A stretch of 64,000 nucleotides of DNA from Eledone cirrhosa (Eukaryota). A program made the position numbers and the translations under genes. The stretch covers positions 1-64,000 of the forward strand of contig CAXHJY010000303.1 in assembly GCA_964016885.1 (NCBI GenBank), given 5' to 3'. Positions 42,814-56,300 of the stretch are shown here, piece after piece. The notes beneath the pieces were generated by a model. The model worked only from the letters and a program-made list of their open reading frames with translations. It was not told the DNA's origin and did no database searches. Numbering within the stretch: position 1 is the stretch's first letter; each line of letters opens with the position of its first letter.

Positions 42814-45500
42814 CATCATCATCATCATCATCATCAACGTTTAACGTCCGTGTTCCACGCTTGCATGGGTTTGGACGGGGGTAGTCCCACTTGAGGCAAG
42901 AGTGATTGTCTTGCTCGCATAGGACTGTCTGGCAGGTTTTCTACAGTTGGATGCCCTTCCTAACACCAACCACATTTACAGTGTGGGTCTGGGAGGTTTT
43001 TACCGTGTTGCCTACACGGCCACATTACAGCGTGGACTGTGTGTTTTTTTGTCGTGACACCTACACGATCTCATTTGTTTCGGCCTGGATGGCGCGGCAC
43101 CAACATAACTTTACATAGAACGGGGTGGTGTGGATGGGGTGGGTGGTGGTGGTGGTGGGACGGGGTGTATTTTGTTAGAGATGCCTACTGGCTGGAGTAG
43201 GTTTTACTATATATTTAGGTAAGGCGGGTCTTCTCTGTTACTGTGTACCGCCAAAGGTCTCGGTCCAGTGACATTGTCTTGGAGAGGTGTAAGTGTGTGA
43301 TGTCGGAGTTTATCAGCTCGTCCCAGGTTTTTCTAGGTTTACCTATTCCGTGACTACCGTCTATCTTTATTGCCCTGCACTTTGTTATACAGCTATCGAC
43401 TTTCATGCGCATCACGTGTCCATACCAACGTAGCCTTCTCTCGAGTAAACAACATCTGATCCCTCTTATCTCTAATTTTTTCCTTAGTTCGTTTATGCTT
43501 TGCCGTTCACGTATATTACTGTTACACATCCAGCGGAGCATGCAAGCTTCGTTCCTCTCTAGTCTGCGTATATCCTCTGCACACAATGCCCAGGTCTCAC
43601 TGCCATGCAGCATTGCTGTTCGTATGCAGGCATCGTACAACCTGCCTCTCATTTTTAGGGAGAACCCTTTAGCAGCTAATAGTGGTATAAGCTCTCTGAA
43701 CTTTTTCCAATCAGTTCTGACTCTAGCTACAGTACTTTCAGAGCACCCTCCCCCACTGCTGATTTTATCGCCCAGGTAACGGAAGCTGTCCACTATTTCT
43801 ATAGAACCCTCTGCGCAATTGAAAGAGCTAGTATTTTGTGGGCACTTGCTGCTACTTATTGCACCAGAACACCGGCCACATGTAAAATCTATGTTCTTAG
43901 TTAGCTTACCTGTGATCCTACTACATCTTTTATGCACCCATACTTTGCATTTAGGACATAAAATGGAGTTTCTACCTACGCCTTTCCTACACACCGAGCA
44001 CGACCATTTCCCAGAAGGGACCGCCGCCTTGTTTTCTTTCCTACAAACTAGAACTTTGGTCTTAGCCAGGTTAATTTTAAGTCCTTTTGACTCTAGGCCG
44101 TGCTTCCATGTTTGGAATTTCTTCTCTAGCTCGGCCATTGATTCCGCTATGAGTGTCAGGTCGTCTACGTATAGGAGTTCCCATGGGCAGCCTGTCTTGA
44201 ACTCCTCTGTTATAGCCTGAAGGGCAATAATAAATAGTAGGGGGCTGAGAACAGAGCCCTGATGGACGCCAACTTTTACGCTAAACTCTTCACTATATTC
44301 GTTGTTAATTCTAACCTTGCTGACTGTTTCTTTATACATGGCTTGTGTAGCCCTCACAAGCCATTCGTCAACGCCTAGTTTTCTAAGAGCCCACCAGATA
44401 ATGGAGCGGGGGACTCTGTCGAAGGCTTTCTCCAAGTCGACAAAGGCTAAGTAGAGGGGTTTACCTTTAGCTAGGTACTTCTCCTGTAGTTGTCGTACTA
44501 TGAAAAGAGCGTCTGTGGTACTTTTGCCTGACACAAACCCGAACTGCATTTCATCTAGGTCAATTCTCTCTGATTAGTTGCGCTATTACTTTTTCCGTGA
44601 CCTTCATGACCTGGTCGATTAATTTAATGCCTCTATAGTTACTCCTATCTAGGGCGTCTCCTTTACCCTTGTAACAGTTAACGATGATGCTGCTATGCCA
44701 GTCCTTCGGAACAACCCCATTCTGTACGACTTGGTTAACTATGCGGGTGACCATGGTGTGTCCCACCGTGCCAGATGCCTTCAGCATCTCAGCAACTATT
44801 TCCGAAGGCCCAGCCGCCTTACCCGTCTTCATATCCTTGATTGCCTTACTTATTATACTCCCCTCGACTAAAACTGCTGGTCCCTCTATTGGGTCGATAT
44901 GGGGGAGACTGTCTTTCTCCCATTTATTCTCCTCATTTAGTAGCCTTTCATAGTGACACTTCCAAGCTACCTTCTTATCAGCGTCGGTGATGGCAAGTGT
45001 GCCATCGTCGTTTAGTACACACTTCTCCCCGACAATATCACGGTTTTCCTTGACGCATTGCCTAGCAATCCTGAACACCTCACGTTTTTGGTCATCGCGT
45101 TGTAGAACATGCTTGAACTTTCTTTCCTCAGCTTCCCTTCTTGCTAAGTACACTTGTCTCCTAGCTACACTCCTGGCCACTTGATAGTCTTCTCTACTTC
45201 CCCCATCCCGCCATACTTTCCAAGCCTGCTTTTTGGCCTTAATTGACCCCTCCACCTTACTGTTCCACCACCATGTTGCTCTCCTCCTGCCTACAGGCCT
45301 GCTCCAGCCACAGACTTCGTCTGTCGCCATCAGCAGGTTTGCCTTCAGGAATTCCCACTGTCCCCTCTATATTGTCCGACTCTAAATGCTCTTCCTTACT
45401 GTCGAAAGCATTAAGTAATATGCTTTGGAATTTATTTCTGGCTGTGGGGTCCTTTAGCTTCCATATTTGTCTCCTGAGGATAACTGGTACCTCCAGTCGC
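42814..45500 (-). mobile_element. 5'-truncated RTE-clade LINE, same family as 33745-36018
   Basis: ORFs 44560-45330 and 43215-44549 are joined by a 2-bp deletion relative to the other copy; FVDLEKAFDRVPR, GVHQGSVLSPLLF, LLYVDD, PHD-like insert, RLRWYGHV; (GAT)n tail. Confidence 0.95.
43215..44549 (-). pseudogene. RTE reverse transcriptase ORF fragment (444 aa)
   Basis: Open RT core, thumb and C-terminus; catalytic motif reads YVDD. Confidence 0.9.
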
Positions 45501-45629
45501 TCCGCAAATGGATGCAATATTCTAGCTGCTTTAAAACGTTCATAGAGATGTATAAATAAATAATAATTGACTTTCTTAAAATGTTGAATGTATATGTGAT
45601 GATGATGTATGTATGTATATGTGGGTGTA

Positions 45630-46162
45630 TCTATTTATATAAAATAGCTTGTTTGTCTGTTTGTCCCCAATACTCTTAAAAACAAGTGGATCAATCATGT
45701 TCAAACTTGGCATGTGAGTTCCTTAGATTCAGGAATAGGTTTTTCTCCACTGAAATTAATGCATGCAAGATTTCTCAGCTCTAGCATCACTTCTTCATAG
45801 TCAGCCAATGAACTTTTCAGCCTACCCTCGTGTGTGTGTGTGGTGCAAATGTCATCTGTGAAGGTGGTTTTTATCTACTTTCAAGATCCAAGGGCAAGTG
45901 ACCCACAGAATTGGACCACTTCAGCCACTTTCAGAAGAACAACCAAAACATTTACAACTGTATTTCATCAGTGATATGAAACCCAAGCACAGACAAGATA
46001 TGAAAGGATTAAAGAAACTAAGTATGAAATCATATTGCATCTAAAAGATATATTACACAAACGAAATAACTATATTAGAAGTTTCAAATATACCCTAGAA
46101 AAAGCTTTGAATGAAATTTCATTATTTTCTTTAACCCGGGCAACACTGGGTACTTCTGCTAG
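45630..46162 (+). mobile_element. Non-autonomous Helitron, 533 bp
   Basis: A|TCTATTTATATAAAA start; subterminal hairpin acccgg-gcaaca-ctgggt; CTAG|T end. Confidence 0.82.
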
Positions 46163-46770
46163 TATATATATATATGTGTGTATATGTATATATATATGTG
46201 TATAAGTATATATATATGTGTGTATGTGTATAAGTATATATGTGTGTATGTGTATAAGTATATATATATGTGTGTGTGTGTATGTATATTGTATATATAT
46301 ATATTTTTTTTTATGTATATACATATATACAACCCCTTTCCAATGATAAGCTTTCATAATAGAATTCAACATCAAGTTTAGATTCTGAGCTGACAGCTAA
46401 TAACACTATTACTATTACCACTTCATTCACATCATCACCATTACAACCATGGTCATAACCAATCCCCACCACCACTGGGATATTGTCATAGCCACATCAT
46501 TACCTCCACCACTGAGGTACCTATACCCAGTGTAATAACACCAGAGGGGCTCTGCTGCCCACAATGCAAAGGAGAGGAAGATAGTTAAATACCGGGGCCT
46601 GACTGACTACTTCCTCTTTGTACCGGTCTCCGTCAAGGCCTCTAGTGTCCTTGGTCTCTACACTGCTGATTTTCTCTGTAAAACCAGAAAGAGCCCTGTG
46701 AGGTAGGGTGGCTGTTGCAGCGAGTATCTCTGGCTATTCTCTGCAATAATGCTTTTGCCATTTTGTGCAT

Positions 46771-47110
46771 AGGCACATGGCGTAGTGGTTAGAGCATTGG
46801 CCTTGCAATCGAAAGGTTGTGAGTTCAATTCTCAGACCGGGTGATGTGTTGTTTCCTTGAGCAAGATACTTTATTTCACATTGCTCCAGTTTACTCAGCT
46901 GTAGAAATGAGATGATAGGACTGGGGTCCCTATCATTCCACTGCAAAGTGGTCGTGGAGGTGCCACGGCAAAAAAGCACCCAGTACTCACTGTAAATGAG
47001 ATTGGTGTTAGGAAGGGCATCCAGCTGTAGAAATCAAGCCAGTATCAGTTCCCGTCCCACCCTTGCAAGCAGGGAAAAAGCGAACGTAAAATGAAATGAT
47101 GAAATGAAAA
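46771..47110 (+). mobile_element. SINE family B (RTE tail)
   Basis: Matches 15198-15541. Confidence 0.88.
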
Positions 47111-47389
47111 TGACGCAGCTGAGACACTGCCCAGATTGGGGTGTAGTGTTTGTCCCTAATCCTCATCCTTTCTTTTGCTGCTTAATTCTTTTTTCTTTTT
47201 CTTCTTTTCATTGGGGCGGGGTCCTTCTAATAGTGTTTTGTTTTTGTATAAATGGCTTTGTAAAATAGATATTGATTTAGATGAGGAAAAAAATAACACT
47301 GGTGTGCTAAGCCCAACCTGAACACCAGCACTGTAATAGGACCACTGCAACTATAGATACCATACACTGTTTTTAACATTGTCATTATC

Positions 47390-48585
47390 ACCACAACTAC
47401 AACCTCTACTATTTACACCAACACTACAATTACAAATACTACTACTTAGACCAACACCACAACTACAACCACTACCACCACAACTACAACTACTTGCACC
47501 AACACCACAACTACAACCTCTACTACTTACACCTATACCACAACTGCAACCACTACTACTTATACCACTACCACCACAACTACAACTACTTGCACCAACA
47601 CCACAACTACAACCTCTACTACTTAGACCAACCCAACAACTACAACCACTACTACTTATACCACTACCACCACAACTACAACTACTTGCACCAACACCAC
47701 AACTACAACCTCTACTACTTACACCTATACCACAACTGCAACCACTACTACTTATACCACTACCACCACAACTACAACTACTTGCACCAACACCACAACT
47801 ACAACCTCTACAACACCACAACTGCAACCACTACTACTTATACCACTACCACCACAACTACAATTACTTGCACCAACACCACAACTACAACCTCTACTAC
47901 TTAGACCAACCCAACAACTACAACCACTACTACTTATACCACTACCACCACAACTACAACTACTTGCACCAACACCACAACTACAACCTCTACTACTTAC
48001 ACCTATACCACAACTGCAACCACTACTACTTATACCACTACCACCACAACTACAACTACTTGCACCAACACCACAACTACAACCTCTACTACTTAGACCA
48101 ACCCAACAACTACAACCACTACTACTTATACCACTACCACCACAACTACAACCTCTACTACTTACACCTATACCACAACTGCAACCACTACTACTTATAC
48201 CACTACCACCACAACTACAACTACTTGCACCAACGCCACAACTACAACCTCTACTACTTACACCAACACCACAACTGCAACCACTACTACTTATACCACT
48301 ACCACCACAACTACAATTACTTGCACCAACACCACAACTACAACTGCTTGCACCAACACCACAACTACAACCACTACTATTTACACCAACACCACAACTA
48401 CAACCACTACTACTTAGACCACTACCACCACAACTACAACTGCTACTACTTGCACCAACACAACTACAATCACTACTACTTCACCACACTAATACAACTT
48501 ACACCACCAATGACACTACTAAGACCACTACCACCGCTACCATCTCTACTCATATCACCACCACAACTACAACCACTGCAGCCAT
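47390..48585. repeat. C/A-rich minisatellite, 96-bp unit built from trinucleotides
   Basis: cacaactacaactacttgca recurs at ~47478, 47574, 47670 and 47766; two variants alternate. Confidence 0.9.
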
Positions 48586-48974
48586 GATAACAGAAGGACT
48601 ATAGCACCCCATTTCCCTTATCACAATAACACCTCCATCACTATCTCTGTGGCAATGCTATTCTATATTAGTAGTTTCTCCAGTCTTCCACAAGAAGTTA
48701 TCAATCATGGGGGGGGGGGGGGGGGATCTGTGCTCTGTTATCTGCCCCTTCTCATGTAATGTTAAACTGTTTTATGTCTTCTTTGACAATATAGGGGTGG
48801 GTGGTTGGAGGGAACATGTTTTCCATTGACCTTCCTTTTTCCTTCTTCAATTCTGGCAGTACCCTCATCATTACAATCCTGGCTATTTGTTGTCACTCTG
48901 GCATTCAGAATACATGTCCTGTAATGCTCATGCTTTGCTCTGTTATAATTTCCTGCAGGTTTTTTGATCTGGAA

Positions 48975-49080
48975 GATTTTACATTTCAACAAATGCAAAG
49001 CAGTGCATTGAATTTCAACAATTAATGGTCATCAATTTTGTAGATTTCATTAAGGCATTTGATAGTGTACATCGAGTAAA
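48975..49080 (+). mobile_element. Small degraded LINE RT fragment
   Basis: atcaattttgtagatttcattaaggcatttgatagtgtacatcga = INFVDFIKAFDSVHR. Confidence 0.65.
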
Positions 49081-49439
49081 GTTATCTAAGTCTAGAGTTT
49101 AAAGTCTGTCTCGAGCCCAGAGGCTCATCAGGCCGGTCCTTATCCCGGTTTCTGTGGAATGAGGCGACTGTGAGTACAAGACTCCCCCTGCTATTGCATT
49201 TTCAGCTGAGTATACTGGAGAAATGTGAAATAAAATGTTTTACTCAAGAACACAACATACAACCCAGTCCAGGAATCGAACCCACAACATTATGATCCTA
49301 AGTCCTACACCTTTATCACAAGGCCACATGCCTCCACAGTAAAGGTTTGGGGCATAGATATAAAGTATAGTGTGTCAGACAACTACATTATTTTTAATAA
49401 TCTTTTCTTTCAGATGAGGATGTCAGTTCTTCTGACACC

Positions 49440-49548
49440 ATGATGGAGCGGAGAATTCGTTTGAAGTCAGTCAATGTTCACATAACATGCACACTGTGTT
49501 CTGGCTACCTCATTGATGCGACCACCATCACAGAATGTCTGCATACAT
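49440..49548 (+). CDS. PCGF3: Polycomb group RING finger protein 3-like, first RING-domain coding exon (exon 49414-49548; the gene continues beyond the window)
   Basis: [36 protein letters not shown](F) matches the PCGF3/l(3)73Ah N-terminus; acceptor ttttctttcag|49414; phase-1 donor T|gtgagt at 49549. Confidence 0.9.
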
Positions 49549-51354
49549 GTGAGTATAGTTCTTCCTCATTTTATTGTAAAACCATTTGTCAGTTTTATTG
49601 CCTCTACTCATTTATTTTACTTCTTTGATATCTGGGTTTTTTTTTGTTTCCTTGTTGTTTTCAGTAATATTTCCAACTCCTGCTGCCTAAAACTATTGCT
49701 GTTACACCTAAGTACTTTCAGTCACACCTGAGTACTCTCAGTTACTATGCAACAACATTGTATCTAATTGGTAGATAACTTGTTGAGCCTCAATGTTACC
49801 TCTGATCAAGCAAATCTATAATCAAAGTTATTTAAGCAGTGACCATCTCATATATTTTTCTTTTCAGGCATAGTATATATAATGTGATATTTTTGAAAGA
49901 TGGTAAGGTGTGATTTTAGGAAGATTTGGCTGCTATTTTTAGCAGATTGAGCAATCAAGTAGTGGCTTCTTTATTGGCTAGTTGCTTGAAGTCATTTGGG
50001 TAACAACTGACAACTAACATCTGTGATGTTCCTAATGCAAATCTTTAATTTGTTCAAATCTGAATAAATTATACTCTGGTAAGAAATATCAATAGTGCTA
50101 TTTTACTTCTTCAACACTGTCATAATGTTATATTTAGTGAGGCTCTACTTACAAACAAACAGTGAAGGCACATAGCTTAGTGGTTAGTGCATTGGATTTG
50201 TAATTGTGAGGTTGTGAGTTTGATTCCCAGACCAGGTGACGTGTTGTGTCCTTGAGCAAGACATTTTATTTTATGTTGCTCCAGTTTACTCAACTGTAGA
50301 AATGAGTTGCAACATCACTGGTGCCAAACTGTATCCAACTTTGCCTTTCCCTTGAACAACACTATTGGTCTTCCACAAAAAAACCTTTCCCAGACTTTGA
50401 GCCTTGGAGGGGAACTTTCTAGGTGTAAATTTGAAGGTGGTCTTTACCTTTTTACTTACAAACAAGAAATAAAGTGACACCAAAAGATAAGAAATAAAGA
50501 TCATCAAAAAACTTTGATCTGAGGAGATATATTAAAGTCTGAAATAGCAGGGCACGCATATATGGTATAGTGGAAGCACGTTCTCTAGCAGTAAGTGAGC
50601 TGAACTTACAATCATAATGTTGTGTGTTCAACAGGCCGAGAGGTTTACATCCTGCTTGCATATGAACAAATGTTCTATCAAGTACAGAGAAGTTGTCAAG
50701 TCTTTTGACAAAAACTGATTCTTACACAAACATCAGATTTTTACACTCTACTGCAGAATACAAAATATGTAATTGCAGGATATTTTGCCAATTTCCACCA
50801 ACTTCAACAGGCACCAAAATATCTGGAATAATACATACAGATACTTCTGGTCATATCCATTTGTAAAATGACAATATTTAAAAAACAACCTTTATTATCA
50901 TACTTGTAATGGCTTAGTGGTAAAGGTGTTGGACTTACAATCATAATGTTGTGGGTTTGATTCTTGGACTGGGTTATGTGTTGTGTTCTTGAGCAAAATG
51001 CTTCATTTCATGTTGCTCAAGTATACTCAGCTAAAAATGAGTACCAGCAATAGCTGGGGGTTTAATGCTGCAATGGACTGGGTTTCTGTTCAAGGGAAAG
51101 TCTTGTACTTTCAGTTGCTTAACACCATAGAAGCTGGGATAAGCATTGGCCTGATGAGCGCTGGGCTTGAGACAAATTTTAGGCTTTTTAATGCGCACAT
51201 TCAGAAAATATATCTTTGAAATATGCAATTTTATGGATGTTTCAAGGAAACGAATTGGCATGGGGATATTACACTGTAGTTTTGTTCAAATATATATATA
51301 TGTGTATATAATAATGTAGCTATATGTGTATATATATATATATATGTATATATA

Positions 51355-51684
51355 TCATCATCATCATTTTACGTCTGCTTTTCTCTGCTTGCAAGGGTGG
51401 GATGGGAACTGATTCTGGCTTGATTTCTACAGCTGGATGCCCTTCCTAACACCAACCTCATTTACAGTGAGTGCTGGATGCTTTTTTTCTGTGGTGCCTA
51501 CATGTCCACTTTGCAGTGGAATGATATGGACCCTAGTCCAATCATCTCATTTCTACAGCTGAGTAAACTGGAGCAATGTGAAATAAAGAGTCTTGCTCAA
51601 GGAAACAACACATCATCCGGTCTGAGAATTGAACTCACAACCTTTCAATTGCAAGGCGAATGCTCTAACCACTAAGACATGCGC

Positions 51685-51686
<2 letters not shown>
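51355..51686 (-). mobile_element. SINE family B (RTE tail)
   Basis: Reverse complement of 15198-15541. Confidence 0.87.
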
Positions 51687-51738
<52 letters not shown>

Positions 51739-51770
51739 TGTGTTAGCAGCCAAAGTGTATGATAGAGTTA

Positions 51771-52695
51771 TACCCGTATAAATACAGTGTGTGTAATCGA
51801 GACTGCCGCTTTCAAATTCTATGCAAATGAGGTGTTCAAATATTTTTGCTTTGGAGGTGAATATTACACCTGTTTACTTTTGATGTGTAGTTTGTTTTTC
51901 CTCTTGTTTTTTAAGTGTTTTGATTGAAAATGGACTTCAAAATGGTCAAAAATTGGTAAATAGTCATTACATATTGGAGTTGTGAAACAAACTTTACTCT
52001 AAACAATGTTTAAAACATTTTGAATATCAAAAGAATAAAACTTCATAAATATATTCTCCACTTATTAGAATTTCATATCTACATCATCTAAACATAATGT
52101 GTTGATTTCCTGTCTCGGCTTATAAACGGTGTTTGGATTTTTTTCTCTCATTTCTCAGACATAAAATATGGGGTTGGCTTATATACTGTATATCAAAATA
52201 TTAACACTTCATAAAAATATTCTGTGGGAATTTACAAAACGGTGCCATCTAAATGTAATGAATATTTTAATTAGCAGCCTCAGCTTATACTCAGAGTTTG
52301 GATTTTTGCCCATTTCTCAGACATAAAATAGTAGTTCATCTTATAGGCAAATCATCTTATACACAAATATATACAGTGTATCCTCAGCATTTGCAATCCC
52401 GGCATTTGCAGTCCTGGTTATTTGCAGAATTTTCCTTAGAACGATCTTCTGCAATTTTTTTTGTGGCAATATATATTTTTTAACACTAAATTATTAATAA
52501 CAATATATCGTATTTGCCGACCTATTAGACACCCCTTCCCATAAAATGCTCCCTCTTTTTAAAATTATATTTTACGTTATATTTTGACGTTTATAGGCAT
52601 TTTTATGGACCACGTCTAATATTTGTGGTTTTTCACTCTTTGTGGCTGCTCTAGCAATGTAACTCCCATGAATACTGGGGAACAACTGTACTGTA
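51771..52695. mobile_element. Old pogo/Tc1-mariner-type MITE carrying a single satellite monomer, with a nested Tigger-like MITE (52374-52688) in its right TIR
   Basis: Left end tacccgtataaatac; right end tcttatacacaaatatata|...|ctgta; nested element cagtgtatcctcagcatt...aatactggggaacaactg with TA duplication. Confidence 0.62.
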
Positions 52696-53211
52696 AATTA
52701 AAACCTAAGAATTAAGCTATATTACTATATTTCTTCAATGTTTACAAAATAAATAGGAACATGAGCTATTTTTTGCATTAGAAATATGGTAATAAAAGGG
52801 TTAAAATGTAAATCAACAAGCAATCAGTTCATAAACATTATTTTTAGCCAATAAAGAATAGGTATACCATATTCCTGCACACTGCAAAAGGTTGGTAACT
52901 TGAAGGGAATATGACTGTAAAACATTGCCTCAAAAAAGAAACCATGATGAATATTATTAAAATTGTTATTGGGTCCATACAGCTAACCCACACTTTAGTG
53001 GGGAAAATAGCTTTAAAATGTTTGATGGTGATGATGATGATGATGATGATGATGACTACTATCAGAGCCTTATTTGTAAGAAGAGGCTAGACAGTAAAGG
53101 ACAGCCAACATGTTATGTCTGCAGTCTAGTCCTCAACCAAGTGGAGACATTGTATATATGTGATGTTAGATCTACAGATTGTACCCTAGCCCATTCACTC
53201 CTCTGAACATT

Positions 53212-53335
53212 TACTGTTTATACTCGTATATAAGCCAAGAAATATGTGATTTAAAAAAAATTGATGTTAAAATATATTTAAGATTTTTTGATTTTCACCA
53301 TTGTAAAAATTCTATGTAAATGAAGTGCTAAAATA
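53212..53335 (+). mobile_element. Left end of a second copy of the pogo-like MITE leading into the satellite
   Basis: TIR tactgtttatactcgtatataagcc; 53307-53365 aligns with 51813-51870. Confidence 0.7.
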
Positions 53336-56300
53336 TTTTCACTTTGGAGGTGAATATTACACCAGTTTCACTTTGGAGGTGAATATTACACCAGTTTTAT
53401 TTTGGGGTGAATATTACACCAGTTTTACTTTTGGGGTGAATATTACACCAGTTTCACTTTGGAGGTGAATATTACACCAGTTTTATTTTGGGGTGAATAT
53501 TACACCAGTTTTACTTTTGGGGTGAATATTATACCAGTTTTACTTTTGGAGGTGAATATTATACCAGTTTTACTTTTAAGGTGAATATTATACCAGTTTT
53601 ACTTTTGGGGTGAATATTACACCAGTTTCACTTTGGAGGTGAATATTACACCAGTTTCACTTTGAAGGTGAATATTACACCAGTTTTACTTTGAAGGTGA
53701 ATATTACACCAGTTTCACTTTGAAGGTGAATATTACACCAGTTTTACTTTGGAGGTGAATATTACACCAGTTTCACTTTGGAGGTGAATATTACACCAGT
53801 TTTACTTTTGGGGTGAATATTACACCAGTTTTACTTTTGGGGTGAATATTACACCAGTTTTACTTTTGGGGTGAATATTACACCAGTTTCACTTTGAAGG
53901 TGAATATTACACCAGTTTCACTTTGAAGGTGAATATTACACCAGTTTCACTTTGAAGGTGAATATTACACCAGTTTCACTTTGAAGGTGAATATTACACC
54001 AGTTTTACTTTGGAGGTGAATATTACACCAGTTTCACTTTGGAGGTGAATATTACACCAGTTTTACTTTTGGGGTGAATATTACACCAGTTTCACTTTGG
54101 AGGTGAATATTATACCAGTTTTACTTTTGGGGTGAATATTACACCAGTTTCACTTTGAAGGTGAATATTACACCAGTTTTACTTTGGAGGTGAATATTAC
54201 ACAGTTTTACTTTTGGGGTTAATATTACACCAGTTTTACTTTTGGGGTGAATATTACACCAGTTTCACTTTAAAGGTGAATATTACACCAGTTTCACTTT
54301 GAAGGTGAATATTACACCAGTTTTACTTTGGAGGTGAATATTACACCAGTTTCACTTTGAAGGTGAATATTACACCAGTTTCACTTTGAAGGTGAATATT
54401 ACACCAGTTTCACTTTGAAGGTGAATATTACACCAGTTTTACTTTGGAGGTGAATATTACACCAGTTTCACTTTGGAGGTGAATATTACACCAGTTTTAC
54501 TTTGGAGGTGAATATTACACCAGTTTCACTTTGGAGGTGAATATTACACCAGTATTATTTTGGGGTGAATATTAGACCAGTTTTACTTTTGGGGTGAATA
54601 TTACATCAGTTTTACTTTTGGGGTGAATATTATACCAGTTTTACTTTTGGGGTGAATATTACACCAGTTTCACTTTGAAGGTGAATATTACACCAGTTTT
54701 ACTTTGGAGGTGAATATTACACAGTTTTACTTTTGGGGTTAATATTACACCAGTTTTACTTTTGGGGTGAATATTACACCAGTTTCACTTTAAAGGTGAA
54801 TATTACACCAGTTTTACTTTGGAGGTGAATATTACACCAGTTTTACTTTGGAGGTGAATATTACACCAGTTTCACTTTGGAGGTGAATATTACACCAGTT
54901 TCACTTTGGAGGTGAATATTACACCAGTTTCACTTTGAAGGTGAATATTACATCAGTTTCACTTTGAAGGTGAATATTACATCAGTTTCACTTTGAAGGT
55001 GAATATTACACCAGTTTCACTTTGAAGGTGAATATTACATCAGTTTCACTTTGAAGGTGAATATTACATCAGTTTCACTTTGGAGGTGAATATTACACCA
55101 GTTTCACTTTGGAGGTGAATATTACACCAGTTTTACTTTTGGGGTGAATATTACACCAGTTTTACTTTTGGGGTGAATATTACACCAGTTTCACTTTGGA
55201 GGTGAATATTACACCAGTTTCACTTTGAAGGTGAATATTACACCAGTTTTACTTTTGGAGGTGAATATTACACCAGTTTTATTTTGGAGGTGAATATTAC
55301 ACCAGTTTTACTTTGGAGGTGAATATTACACCAGTTTTACTTTTAGGGTGAATATTACACCAGTTTCACTTTGGAGGTGAATATTACATCAGTTTTACTT
55401 TTGGGGTGAATATTACACCAGTTTCACTTTGGAGGTGAATATTATACCAGTTTTACTTTTGGGGTGAATATTACACCAGTTTTACTTTTGGAGTGAATAT
55501 TACACCAGTTTTACTTTTGGAGTGAATATTACACCAGTTTTACTTTTGGAGTGAATATTACACCAGTTTTACTTTTGGAGTGAATATTACACCAGTTTTA
55601 CTTTTGGAGTGAATATTACACCAGTTTTACTTTTGGAGTGAATATTACACCAGTTTTACTTTTGGAGTGAATATTACACCAGTTTTACTTTTGGAGTGAA
55701 TATTACACCAGTTTTACTTTTGGAGTGAATATTACACCAGTTTTATTTTGGAGGTGAATATTACACCAGTTTTACTTTTGGAGGTGAATATTACAACAGT
55801 TTTACTTTTGGAGGTGAATATTACACCAGTTTTATTTTGGAGGTGAATATTACACCAGTTTTATTTTGGAGGTGAATATTACACCAGTTTTACTTTGGAG
55901 GTGAATATTACACCCGTTTTACTTTTGGGGTGAATATTACACCAGTTTCACTCTGGAGGTGAATATTATACCAGTTTTACTTTTGGGGTTAATATTACAC
56001 CAGTTTCACTTTGGAGGTGAATATTACACCAGTTTTACTTTGGAGGTGAATATTATACCAGTTTTACTTTTGGGGTGAATATTACACCAGTTTCACTTTG
56101 GAGGTGAATATTACACCAGTTTTACTTTTGGAGTGAATATTACACCAGTTTTACTTTTGGAGTGAATATTACACCAGTTTTACTTTTGGAGTGAATATTA
56201 CACCAGTTTTACTTTTGGAGTGAATATTACACCAGTTTTACTTTTGGAGTGAATATTACACCAGTTTTACTTTTGGAGTGAATATTACACCAGTTTTACT

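Noticed and set aside
47379-48587. 402-aa Pro/Gln/Leu then His/Tyr/Asn ORF, or a mucin-like Thr frame
   Set aside because: Composition switches at a frameshift in the repeat and the Thr frame contains TAG stops; best explained as a minisatellite.
49100-49140. Hammerhead-like CTGATGA-gcctctgggctc in SINE family C tail (minus strand)
   Set aside because: No correctly placed GAAA or stem III, and the CTGATGA is not conserved in the copies at ~17135, ~26872 and ~40913.
50510-50570. CTGAGGA...GAAAT possible hammerhead
   Set aside because: Stem II is out of register and stem I cannot be formed.
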